Source of the DNA: Pelagomonas calceolata
Taxonomy: Eukaryota
Assembly (NCBI GenBank): GCA_918797485.1
Contig: CAKKNE010000004.1
Location: 4,278,001-4,342,000 of the forward strand
DNA length: 64,000 nt
Direction: 5' to 3'
Below the pieces are notes generated by a model. It did not search any database. It was not told the DNA's origin and saw nothing but the letters and a program-made list of their open reading frames with translations. Shown in pieces: positions 1 to 9,720 of the stretch. Both the position numbers and the translations under genes were made by a program. How positions within the stretch are numbered: position 1 is the first letter of the stretch; each line of letters begins with the position of its first letter.

Positions 1-2
1 CA

Positions 3-119
3 CAGGGCGACGGCCCCGACCACTACCGCCCGGACAGCCCCGACGACTTCCGCGTCGCGTGCCGCGACGTGTCCATGCCGCTCCCGGAAGAACGCTCGTC
101 GGAGGCGTCGTCCTCTTGA
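3..119 (+). CDS. 3' end of a gene starting outside the window (partial)
   Basis: Open frame QGDGPDHYRPDSPDDFRVACRDVSMPLPEERSSEASSS* with GC3-rich codons. Confidence 0.45.
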   Translation, partial: QGDGPDHYRPDSPDDFRVACRDVSMPLPEERSSEASSS

Positions 120-272
120 CAACGTTGTGATATCCCGCCGCATCGACAGCGTGGAGGTTGTGCATATCCTACCGCCACGCCGTCGCTGCGACACTGCCCC
201 CGCCCATCCGGAAAATCTTATCGTCGGCGTTATCACTAGCTGTTGCACAGTAAAAAATGTTAACTAACCTAA

Positions 273-2105
273 TCACGGCGGAGGCCGGAACTTCGCCTTT
301 TTGGCAGCAGCGTCGGCGGCCTTGATGCGCGCCACCGTGTCCTTCGGGTACCTTTCCTTGCGCGCTTTGATGTCCGTCACGTTCACGACGGCCGGGAGCG
401 GCCAGACCGGCGGCCGGTCCTTCGGCAGCGGCTCCTCGAGGTTGTTCCACGCCAGCGCCCACTCGCGGTTGTAGAAGGGCGCATGAATTGTATCCGACGT
501 GTCGTGCAAGACCCGATGCTTCGCCTTCGGCGCCGCGTAGAAGAACGTGTCGGCGGCATGGCCGTAGTAGGCCCTTAAGCGTGCCACATAACCGGAGAAG
601 GTGCTAAAGAAGGTCCCCGTGAACAGCCGACACGGCTTCGCCGAGGCCACGACCTGCTCGACCATGCCCAGCGCGTTCGGGTCGTATAGATCGGACACTT
701 CCTCCTGAAAATCGCGCAGATAGTAAATCTTCGCGAAGGCTTCCTCGAGCGGCGCGAACCAAGTTTTATCTTTTTCATCGGTCAAAACAAACAGCACCTC
801 GTCCTTGTCATAGCCGAAACTCAGTAAGGCATCACGCCACTCTTCGCACGATATCCTCACGGAGACGAACTGCAATTCACCTCTCCTTATATGCGCCGCC
901 TGGTACGTTTCACCGTGACGCGTTAACGCGTCGACCACCCTCCCGGCCGCGCAGAACACTTCATCCTTGTATTTGAGTCTATCGCGCCCGAAGCGCTTGT
1001 AGTAGAGGTCCGTGACACCATCGTCGAACAACAGAAACGTATACCAGTGCGTGAACATCCTATACCCATGGGACGCGTTCGTCGTCATGTGGACCCACGG
1101 CGCGCCCGCGAAGCGTTGATCGACATAGCGCACGCGTCGCGTGTGCGTACAGAATTTATCCGCGGTCAAATGCCGGTATTTGTTGTGAGTAGAGCAGGGC
1201 CCGAAGGCGACGCATTCCTTTAATGGTGCCCAGCGCGGCTCGACGTCCGCATGCCTACGCATCCACTCGCGCAGCTGCCGCCGCGCTATGACACCACCGT
1301 TCGTCGCGCGCTCCGCGAGGCCCTTCAGGTGCCGCCTCGTATTATCATTTTTTATCGTTTCGTTGAGGAATTGAGAGATGGAAATGACCTCGAGCGCGCC
1401 TCGTAAGGCGTCGAAGTCCAGGAACGCGTCGACGCCGTGGTGGGCCCGCGTGTTGCCGGCATGTGTGACTTTCAAGAGATACAAGCGCTGGGGCGGGGGC
1501 ATCACGAGAACTCGACCCGTCGCGTGCGCCAAGACGGCCAACGTCTCAAAGGCCATGCGGATGTTGTTCCAGCCGCCCGCGTCCGGTTCAAAGGTTAAAT
1601 ATTTGCGCTTCGGGCCATAACCAGCGTACGGCGACGCGTGCGTCTCGCCGCGCGACCAGTAGCGCATCCTCTCGATTATGGAAGAGCAGGATTCGCGCGG
1701 CGGCGCGGTCGCGACGCGCGGCGGCGGCGTCGCGAACATGCGCTTGCGCGCGCGGTGCTCGTCGGGCGCCGCTGGCGTCGCGAACGTATGGTGGTCAGGC
1801 GCATGGTCGCGCTTCTCGGGCGCCGCCGCCGGCGACGGCGGCGCCTTCATCCCGTCGAGGAGGTAGTGAGCTTCCCGTTCCACCGCGCCTTCGACCACAG
1901 CCCACTCCTTGCGCACTTCACCTTCTACCACGGCCCAGTCCTTGCGGACCTCGCCTTCGACCGCGGCCCAGTCCCGGCGCACCTCGTCCGCGATGCTGCG
2001 CTCGTGCAGCACGACGAGCGCGCCGAGCGCGACGGCCCAGACGAGGAGGAAGTACTTGGCTAATGCTGCGGCGCCGCCGCCGCTGTTCGGGCGGCGTCGT
2101 GCCAT
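273..2105 (-). CDS. GDP-fucose protein O-fucosyltransferase family protein (type II membrane)
   Basis: N-terminal TM helix; motifs GGWNNIRMAFE, AAHIRRGE, TDE and GTFFSTFS typical of O-FucT. Confidence 0.8.
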   Translation of the reverse strand: MARRRPNSGGGAAALAKYFLLVWAVALGALVVLHERSIADEVRRDWAAVEGEVRKDWAVVEGEVRKEWAVVEGAVEREAHYLLDGMKAPPSPAAAPEKRDHAPDHHTFATPAAPDEHRARKRMFATPPPRVATAPPRESCSSIIERMRYWSRGETHASPYAGYGPKRKYLTFEPDAGGWNNIRMAFETLAVLAHATGRVLVMPPPQRLYLLKVTHAGNTRAHHGVDAFLDFDALRGALEVISISQFLNETIKNDNTRRHLKGLAERATNGGVIARRQLREWMRRHADVEPRWAPLKECVAFGPCSTHNKYRHLTADKFCTHTRRVRYVDQRFAGAPWVHMTTNASHGYRMFTHWYTFLLFDDGVTDLYYKRFGRDRLKYKDEVFCAAGRVVDALTRHGETYQAAHIRRGELQFVSVRISCEEWRDALLSFGYDKDEVLFVLTDEKDKTWFAPLEEAFAKIYYLRDFQEEVSDLYDPNALGMVEQVVASAKPCRLFTGTFFSTFSGYVARLRAYYGHAADTFFYAAPKAKHRVLHDTSDTIHAPFYNREWALAWNNLEEPLPKDRPPVWPLPAVVNVTDIKARKERYPKDTVARIKAADAAAKKAKFRPPP

Positions 2106-2301
2106 CCTGTTTTTATGAGTGCTGCGGCCGACGAGGGCTTAATTGGTGCTGCACAGCTTGTGGACCATTTTGATCTAGAGTCGCATTCGCTGCGGCAGCG
2201 ATGCTTGGGCGGCTATCTTAGCTTTACAAAAGCAGTAAGAATACGGCCTACACGCAATGATTGCGCACGTTATGCGTAAAATGGCAGCGACCCAAATTTT
2301 A

Positions 2302-2325
2302 GCTAGCGGCCTGTGACACACTAGC
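2302..2325 (-). promoter_or_regulatory. Upstream quasi-palindromic motif, copy 1
   Basis: Reverse complement GCTAGTGTGTCACAGGCCGCTAGC in a divergent intergenic region. Confidence 0.6.
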
Positions 2326-2593
2326 AAGCACCTACTTTTTGGCCAATCGACGCAATTTAGCCCGCTTCCGCGCAATAGTGACGTAGGGGCTGTTCATAGA
2401 TCACGTTCGACATCCTGCATCCGCTCAGAGCGCTGTCGTAGCGAGAACCATCTCAGCAGAGCCACTCACAGCCTGCTGCTGTGCGCGTCGCCCGCGCTAG
2501 CGCCGCGAAGCGATCGGGCCCAGCCGAGCCGACCCCGTAGAGGTGACAAGATCAGCTGCTTTTGGCGCCTTACGCCATCGCCGCGATACAAAA

Positions 2594-3076
2594 ATGAATT
2601 TCGACGACACCGAGAGCGAGGACGACGAGCCACAGCAACCGCAGGAACCGGTCGCGCCGCCGGCGCCGGCCCCGGCGCCCGAGAGCGACCTCCCGTCGGC
2701 CGCGAGCATCCTCGACGCCGAGGCCACGCCGGCCTACGTCGTCACCCAGCCGAGCGTCAACGGCCTCGAGCCCATCCAGGAAACCGCAACGCCCGCGGTT
2801 GTCCCGACGCCGACGCCGATCCGCGACACCGGCGAAAAAGAGGCCGAGGAAGAGCGCATCATGAAGGCCCAGCACGAGGCCCTCAAGAAGCAGGGGCGGG
2901 CGCGCCAGCGAAAACGGGCGAGGGAAAAAGCCGAGCAGAACGAGGCCCGGCCGGCCTACGAGCGCCAGAGTATGCACGGCCAGAAGATCGCCATCTCCGT
3001 CGGGCCCTCGTCCTTACCGGACACGTGCCGGACGACGTGGTCGGCGATCCCGCACAAAAATACGAAGTGGAAGTAG
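2594..3076 (+). CDS. Hypothetical protein (acidic/Pro-rich N-terminus, basic coiled C-terminus)
   Basis: AAAATG start context; GC3-biased ORF. Confidence 0.6.
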   Translation: MNFDDTESEDDEPQQPQEPVAPPAPAPAPESDLPSAASILDAEATPAYVVTQPSVNGLEPIQETATPAVVPTPTPIRDTGEKEAEEERIMKAQHEALKKQGRARQRKRAREKAEQNEARPAYERQSMHGQKIAISVGPSSLPDTCRTTWSAIPHKNTKWK

Positions 3077-3091
3077 TAAGTGTGTGAAGTA

Positions 3092-4075
3092 TTAAACAGT
3101 GGGGTTCGTCGGCGGCGCCGACAGGTCGAGCAAGGAGCCCTCCGCCGCCGCCGCCGGCGCGGCCGCGGGCGGCGCCGAGAAGTCTAATAACGATCCCTCG
3201 GCTGCAGGAGGAGCAGGAGGCGGCGCCGACAGGTCCAGGAGCGTCTCCTCCTGCGCGGGCGGCGGCGGCGGTGTGGGCCGGTTCTCCGACGCCGCCTCGT
3301 CCGCCAACACCTGCTGCACGGCGTCGTTCACGGCCAGCAGGTGCGCCACCGTGTCCGCGTCGCCCAGACCGCCCGCCAGGCCCACCTCGACCAAATTCGC
3401 GAGGCGCGGCCGGCACGCCTCCAAAAAACCAACAACCTCCGACATGGCCTCGTCCTCCTTAATACCAGGGCTGTTCGGCAGCATCGACTCGAGCAGGGAC
3501 ACGTGCTCCGCGACGACGTCCAAATCCGTGCGCACCTTCACGATCGCGTTGGCTCGTTCCAGCGACCCGTCCGCGAGCGCGGCCGCGAGGGCCGCGTCGC
3601 TCTCCGACGCATTTGACAAAGATGGCTGGGTTCGAGGCGGCGTGAACACGGGCACGTCCGTCGGCTCGCCGAACGGTAAACCCTTGACCCTTAACGCGTA
3701 GTACGTCTCGCAGAACTTCGGGTAGCTCTGCTTCAGGGGCTCGAAGGCGACGCCCCACTGCTGAATTAACTCCAAAGCTCGCGTCTGGACTTCGATATTT
3801 GACGGCGCCTGCGCGAGGTTCGCGACGGACGGTAGGGCCCCCTGCTCGACGGCGCCGTGGCAGTTCTCGCAGTTCTTGACGCACATTTCTAGTAGAGTTA
3901 GTGATAGTAACTGCACGTGCGCGTCGTTCTTGCCCAGTCTACGTTTGACCGCCGCCACCAACGCCAAGGCTTCGCTCGGGTCTCTTCCTACGCAGTCGCA
4001 GATCTCGAGGTTCTTGCCGTAGTCGACGGCGCCCTGGCGGATCTCGGCCGTCGCGGCCTCGACGAGCTGGTCCAT
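3092..4075 (-). CDS. TOM1-like VHS + GAT domain trafficking protein
   Basis: VHS motifs NLEICD, LLEMCVKNC, LIQQW; GAT-like LLAVND; LLDL/LLDF clathrin-box-like tail repeats. Confidence 0.85.
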   Translation of the reverse strand: MDQLVEAATAEIRQGAVDYGKNLEICDCVGRDPSEALALVAAVKRRLGKNDAHVQLLSLTLLEMCVKNCENCHGAVEQGALPSVANLAQAPSNIEVQTRALELIQQWGVAFEPLKQSYPKFCETYYALRVKGLPFGEPTDVPVFTPPRTQPSLSNASESDAALAAALADGSLERANAIVKVRTDLDVVAEHVSLLESMLPNSPGIKEDEAMSEVVGFLEACRPRLANLVEVGLAGGLGDADTVAHLLAVNDAVQQVLADEAASENRPTPPPPPAQEETLLDLSAPPPAPPAAEGSLLDFSAPPAAAPAAAAEGSLLDLSAPPTNPTV

Positions 4076-4324
4076 CCTTCTGTTTTCTTTTAAAACGGCT
4101 CGCGCGGCGCTACGCGCTGTTGATCCGGGGCGACGCCAAATTGTTATTGCTCCCTCGAGGCCTCACAGCTGCTGGGTCACTTGGCTGGGAGAGAAGCGCA
4201 GCGGGTTCCGATCGTTGCGCTTTGCCTTCTCTGCAAAAATTATTGCTCTGAGAGTATGCTGTCGTAAGGCCAAGCGGTAGAACCGCGTAGACTCCTCCCT
4301 GCCGGAGAAGATGCCAGGGGCTTT

Positions 4325-4347
4325 CTAGTGTCTTACATGCCGCTAGC
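4325..4347 (+). promoter_or_regulatory. Upstream quasi-palindromic motif, copy 2
   Basis: CTAGTGTCTTACATGCCGCTAGC upstream of the TOM1-like gene. Confidence 0.6.
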
Positions 4348-4849
4348 ACCAGACACCGCGACGCCCGACGGGCATCAGTGCCGTCCTTGAGGAGCTGCTC
4401 ATTGCTGGTAGAATACTGTTTCGACCAGACCGCGCTGCGCCAGCACAATTTCGTGACGCGGTCCCTCGCCGGTAGGCGCGCGCACCTCAGCCACAGAAAG
4501 CCGACCGACGACCACCATCTACGAAGCCGACGCCGGCCGGCGAGATATCCCCATCACGGTCACGATCAATTACCGCGCGGCACAGCCTTCCGCTCAGTCG
4601 CCACTTTATTATGAGGAACGAGACGTCTGCTAAGCCAGACGAGGATCGCGCACGCGCAGTGGCAATCATTACTGACGACGAGTGGTGCGCGGGCGCGGGA
4701 GCCGACGCGTCGATGGCCCGAAACCGGAAGCCCAGCCTTCGAAGACGACGGGAGGGCGTCCGCGGCGAAACCCCGCCCCGAAGCTATTATATTCATGACA
4801 TCCGTTAAACACGCGCCTAGAGGCGACGCGTCGTCGACGGAACCGGGCC

Positions 4850-5539
4850 CTACAAGCTCCAGTCGATGGGCTCGAGCTCGAGCTCTTTGAGGGCTTCGTT
4901 CGTCTTGGAGAAGATGTTCGACGCGGCGAACGGCTCGGCCCCCGAGAACCGCGCTCTAGACGACGGGTGCGACGCCGTGATGACGCGGTGGACCGTCGTG
5001 TCGATGTCTTTGATGTGTTCCTGAGCGTTCTTGCCCAACGCGATGAACACGATGCCCTGCTTCTTCCTGAATTTGCAGATGATCTTGATGACTTCCTTCG
5101 TGAAGATGCGCCACATGTCGCTGTGCGACCCTGGATCGCCACTCTTCACCGTAAGTGCACTATTCAACAACAAGACGCCGCGCTGCGCCCATTTGGTAAG
5201 GTCACCGTTCGTCATGTGGATGTCAACGTTCGCCTCGGGCACGTCCGTCTCCAACAACGCGAACATGTTGCCCAGTGAAGGTGGGATGCTCGTGTGCTCG
5301 TCGACGGAGAAGGCGAGGCCGTTCGCTTCGCCTTTATTGTAATAAGGGTCCTGGCCAATCATGATCGCTCTAGCCTGTTCTAATGGCGTCTCTTGAAAGC
5401 ACCTGAAAATGAAGCGCTTCTCCGGGAAGATGCTGTATTGTGTGGTGCGCTGCCTATACATGTCGTCGATGGTATAGAAGACATCCCTCTGGTCGCGGAT
5501 CACAGGTTTGAGCTTATTGCGCCAGCCGTCCGGGAGCAT
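4850..5539 (-). other. UNG: Family-1 uracil-DNA glycosylase domain (C-terminus of the fusion)
   Basis: GQDPY, ANGLAFSV, IPPSLGN, GDLTKWAQRGVLLLNSALTV, GSH, SHPS motifs. Confidence 0.93.
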
Positions 5540-8479
5540 TTCCAGGTAAAAATGGAGGCAGGACTCCTGGGGCTTTGCTTTGTGTTTCGAGCGAATGTCT
5601 TCATCATAAGCGTGGCTCGGCTCCGCGCACGCGAGGTCGGACACGTCTCTGCAGAAGAACTGATCCTTAGCTTTAAGTGTCGCTTCCAGATTGCGTGGAA
5701 CAAAGCGCCACGCGCCGCACTCGTCGCATAACATCTGCTCGGCGCAGCCCTCAACTCGCCCGTGGTACACGCTGCCGGACATGGATGGCGCGAGGCCCGG
5801 CGGCAGGAGAGGCACTGGTATAGGTGTATCGTTGGAGACGACGCCGAGAACAGAGAGGAGGTTCAAACAATATTTGCAGGCGGGGTGGTACAAAGACGCG
5901 GCGATGTAAGTATCGACGCCACGTAGCAAGACCTTGATAATGGCCTGTTCTTCGCCGTGGTGCGCGGCATGACGCGCTGCCTCAGCCCAGGCGCGCTGCG
6001 CAACATGGGGGCCGCCTGCGCGAAGACGACTTACCGAAAAGTACGGATGAGGACGCGGGACGCTTACGTCGTTTCACGGAGACCTTGGCCCATTTGGTGA
6101 TGACTGCTGCGACCTTCTTCAAGTCGCCGAATTCATTGAGCTCGTCTCTGCCAATGCATCCGGCGGCGCCGAAGATGGTGTCAAAACTATCGAGCACTCG
6201 GCCTTCGTCGAGCTGCACCTCGCGCACCCGCCCGCAGCCGTACGATTCGGACGTCACCTCACACATGCTGCACGCATTCGCGCCCGCCAGCAGAAAAGCA
6301 TAAGCCACGTTCGCCATCACGCCCTTGTCCGCGGACGTCGCGGAGACGACCGAGGTGTCGACGCCGTCCAAGGGCTTCGCGAACGCAATGGTCTCATTCT
6401 CAGCCTTCAGATTGAGCTTCGGCAAATTCATGGTGTTGATGATTTTAGTACGCATTCTGTTTTGGGATTTGGCGAGGGGCGCGCCGCCTGCGAGGTGAAA
6501 AGTATTGTACGTCCGTCACTGGTTGAGTTCTACACTACGTAGCACGGTACAGCTCCACAGCGCGCTTCGAGAGTTCATCGGCCGGCCTATCTGTGTCTGT
6601 CGAGATTTCTTCAAGCGCAGCAACGAGCATACCTCTGTCGTGGAACGTGTTGCCGTCGTCTAGAGGTTCGAGGCGCAAAGTACTACCTTCGGTGGGCACC
6701 GGCCGCAGCGCTTCCTTGGACCGTCGATCGGTGAGCCTGTGCGGTACCGTTGAATCTCATACCTCGGCGACGACGCGGTCGTGCGTGACTGAATCGAACG
6801 GCGCGAGCCTCGCATCGCCTCGCCATCGAGCAGACGTCGCGGCGATGGCGTGGGCGTCGACGCGGTAAAAACGTCGCCGCGATGGCGTGGGCGTCGACGC
6901 GCGAAGGTGCCGCGAAATCTGATTAGTGCGCTGCCGCGGACGCGCACTTCTCGCAGATAGGTATAAGCAAGCCTTCGACGAACACGCGCTGTGGCCCTTT
7001 GCAGTCGCGGTCGAGGCAGCTCGGGCACACCCACTCGTCAAACAAGCTGTTTTCCGGGTCTCGGAAGTCGAGGCGGCTTATAATGGCTTTCGGAAGCTTT
7101 GCCACATCTGAGTCTGCTATCTGTTTCAGCATGAAGTGCTGCTCCACCACGTTCCGGAACTGGGGATGATCAATCTCGGTCTGAGGCTCCACCGCTCCTT
7201 CCAAATCGCTGCCCTCGCCCTGCTTTTTTAGTTCAGAAGCTTTGGCTGCTCTTGACGCCCGAGCTATATCTTCGTCGAGGGATAAGCGTGCGAGCTCTTC
7301 GTTGTTGGCGGCCTCGGCGTCCACGAGGGCCGCGGCCGCAACGGCGTCTTCCTGGCTCAAAGCGGAATGATTGGCGCGGAGCTCGGCGAGTTTGAGCTCG
7401 CGCTCGTCGATGGCTATTTGTAGGTCGCGGTACATCTCGGACGTCACCACGCGCTGCTTGTTTCGCCGTGCCTCAAAATTTGCAGTCGCGGAGCCACAGG
7501 CTTCGCAGAGCGTCGACTGGCCATCTGGACCGTCTTTTATCCCACCGGCTTCGTCATGGTTGCGGCCGCAGTTTGTGCAGAACCACTCATCGAGCGGCGG
7601 TAATGGAGGTCGCCCAGATCTAAAACGTCCGCAGCACGATCTACAGGCCGTCCTCATGCCGTACGGTCCATCGTAGCGCCAGCCGCCCAAAGCCACGGCG
7701 CACGACAAGCAGTTCTCGAGGCGTGGCAAATTTTTGAGCTTCGGTCGTGACGCACGTCGCCGGTCAAAACATCTCCTACATATTGGCCCTTCGTCGGTTC
7801 TAAGAGCGGGACGCGGGGTTCCACACTCGGACTCGGGTTGGTCGCAGTCCGCACACGTCCAGTTTCTCGGCGGCGGCGGAGCAGGTGGCGGTCTCGTCAA
7901 TTTCAATAATAGAACACTCCTGGAACAGTTTCGGCCCTTGCATGTGACCGGAATCCCCCGCAGCTTGCACTCGGCCTTTAGCTTCTCCAGATAGTTCTCA
8001 TCATTGGGATCGAGCGACGCGGGGTCGAACGGTTCCACCACCGTCGCGACCACGGGTGCGTCGGCGACGTCTGGGGCCGCTTCCGGCGCCGCTTGCGGCT
8101 CGGCGGCCGCGCCGACGGTGCTAGATAAAGGGTCCGCCGCGGATGGCGCCGGCGCCGGCGCTGTCGATTCGGCCTGCATCGGCGGCGCGACCGGCGCGTT
8201 CGGGGGCGTCGGCGGCACCGCGGGTTCGAAGCGCGTCGGGTCGGCGGCTACGGAGGAGGGCTGCATCTCGGGCTGCTGGGGCGCGGTCGGTTCGGCCTCC
8301 ATCTCGGTCTGCCGCCTAAGCGCGATTTCGCGCGCGGCAGCGAGGGTCGCCATGACTTGTTGCCCGTGGGCTCTTTCCCGATCGTCGATGTTGACAATGT
8401 TGTCGGCCTGGCGCATTCCTTGCAAGGCTGCATAGAATAAACCGTCGAATGCAGCATCGTTACGAGGGTCGCTGGCCAT
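4850..8479 (-). CDS. Predicted 4-exon ~1104-aa fusion: SAP-like, GATA-like Zn fingers, coiled coil, deaminase-like (HxE...CxxC), zf-CW-like, uracil-DNA glycosylase
   Basis: Exons 8479-6942, 6736-6546, 6487-6068 and 6015-4850 joined by GT-AG introns 6941-6737, 6545-6488 and 6067-6016. Phases 2, 1, 1 all match, giving 3315 nt without an internal stop. Confidence 0.7.
5618..5737 (-). other. zf-CW-like zinc finger domain within the fusion
   Basis: MLCDECGAWR...FFC...C.EP pattern; first conserved Trp replaced by Gln. Confidence 0.65.
5850..6330 (-). other. Zn-dependent cytidine/nucleotide deaminase-like domain within the fusion
   Basis: NVAYAF strand, then HGEEQAI (HGE at 5951-5959), x24, then IAAS..HPACKYC (CKYC at 5867-5878) followed by helix LNLLSVLGV. 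Confidence 0.55.
6016..6067 (-). other. 52-nt spliceosomal intron
   Basis: GTAAGC donor and CGCAG acceptor; joins ORF 5982..6455 to the UNG frame. Confidence 0.7.
6488..6545 (-). mobile_element. Short degenerate introner-derived intron (58 nt)
   Basis: GT + 6 nt, then TAGTGTAGAACTCAACCAGTG resembling the family TIR; CGCAG acceptor; removes an in-frame stop. Confidence 0.6.
6737..6941 (-). mobile_element. Introner-derived intron (205 nt)
   Basis: GTCCGCGG then TIR-like CAGCGCACTAATCAG; internal CGCCATCG/CGATGGCG repeats; ends GCACAG; splicing restores an open frame. Confidence 0.65.
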
Positions 8480-8542
8480 CACCGCGACGTGGATCGCCTC
8501 GACGGCTGCCCTCCGAGATCGTCGTCAGTGATGTGTTGTTGC

Positions 8543-8846
8543 CTGTGTGGAAATCAAAATTTTACGGCGCCTTCGTGCTGAATCATCGCGTCGTCCTCGA
8601 CGCCATCGACGCGACGCCTGCTCGATGGCGTGGCGATGCCGGTTCATCACCGCTCGACGGAGCCAGCACGGCCACGTCATCACCGAGAAATGACTTAGTG
8701 AAGAAACGCCATCGACGCGACTGCTCGATGGCGCGGCGATGCCGGTTCATCACCGCTCGACGGAGCCAGCGGCCACGTTATCACCGAGAAATGACTTAGT
8801 GAAGAATCGTCGGGTGCACCCGACGCACTGGTTGATTTCCACACGG
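8543..8846. mobile_element. Introner element (304 bp) with a ~100-bp internal tandem duplication
   Basis: TIRs CTGTGTGGAAATCAA...TTGATTTCCACACGG; perfect 8-bp TSD GTTGTTGC (8535-8542 and 8847-8854); GC-AG intron on the minus strand. Confidence 0.9.
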
Positions 8847-9179
8847 GTTGTTGCGGTTCCGTGGCGATCGACTGCGACACCGTCGCGGTCGGGGCCTACG
8901 GCGACTGGGTCGCGGAGCGCCCACCAGAAGAAAGGGTGCCCGGAGGCTGCTACTAAAAGAGGGGGGGCGCCCGAGGAAGCAAGGGGCGGTGCGGTGTGGG
9001 GTGCACGGCGAGCCGTGGACCGGGGCTGTCGCGCTGCTCGTGCGGGTTCTAGGCCGGGCGTGTGAATTAGGCATTGTTGTATTACTTAGACTCGTTCCTG
9101 GGCCGTTTTACGGCTGGGGCTCGCGAGCCGGCTTCAGCACCATGACACAATTTCAATTGCGAGGGCAACGAGTTCAGGT

Positions 9180-9482
9180 ATGACGTCTACGCCAAATAAC
9201 GCAGGAATAGCACCATTCGAGGCCACACAAGCGCCGGACAAGCGTCTCCCGCCGTACACAGGCGAATACAGCCGTGAAATTGTAATCAAAGCCCTGGATG
9301 AGCTATACTGGATGGGCGTCGACGAGATGCGTGACCTCGCCTGCATGTACGGAAGAAGGCTGAACTGGACGCCGCCGCATTTACCCAAAGGCGCGATCGA
9401 CGAGGCCGAGGCCAGCGCGTCGACGACGGCGGCGGCGGAGCCAGCCCCAAAGAAAGCGCGCTTGAGCGGCCGCGGCGTGTAA
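9180..9482 (+). CDS. Small hypothetical protein with a C-terminal NLS-like motif
   Basis: 100-aa ORF divergent from the UNG fusion; ends PAPKKARL. Confidence 0.5.
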   Translation: MTSTPNNAGIAPFEATQAPDKRLPPYTGEYSREIVIKALDELYWMGVDEMRDLACMYGRRLNWTPPHLPKGAIDEAEASASTTAAAEPAPKKARLSGRGV

Positions 9483-9669
9483 GTTGAGGTATCTATGCGC
9501 ACTCACTTCGGCCAGACACGAACTAGCTATCGCACGGGGTCGGCTCGGGACATATCGCCGACTGACCTCCGACGTGCGTGGGTTTAGGTTTAGTCCCGTT
9601 AACTAAAAGGCGTGGTGCTAATTCCCCGGACACCTCCAGCTGCCGCACGTTGTTAAATTCGTTGTCATA

Positions 9670-9720
9670 GCGGCTTTTGATGCCCCGTACCATTATCGGT
9701 ACGGGGCATTGATGAGCCGC
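9670..9720. repeat. Intergenic inverted repeat / hairpin
   Basis: Perfect 12-bp stem ATGCCCCGTACC/GGTACGGGGCAT with a 6-nt loop, plus outer GCGGCT/AGCCGC pairing. Confidence 0.7.

Noticed and set aside
4611..4808. 65-aa ORF convergent with the UNG fusion
   Set aside because: Short, with no recognisable motif; insufficient support.
8449..8799. ORFs containing VWKSKFYGAFVLN... (also 15585..15980 and inside 39062..40945)
   Set aside because: Translations of the introner element, not a protein family.
9580..9594. GGGTTTAGGTTTAG telomere-like sequence
   Set aside because: Only about two imperfect units; compatible with chance.
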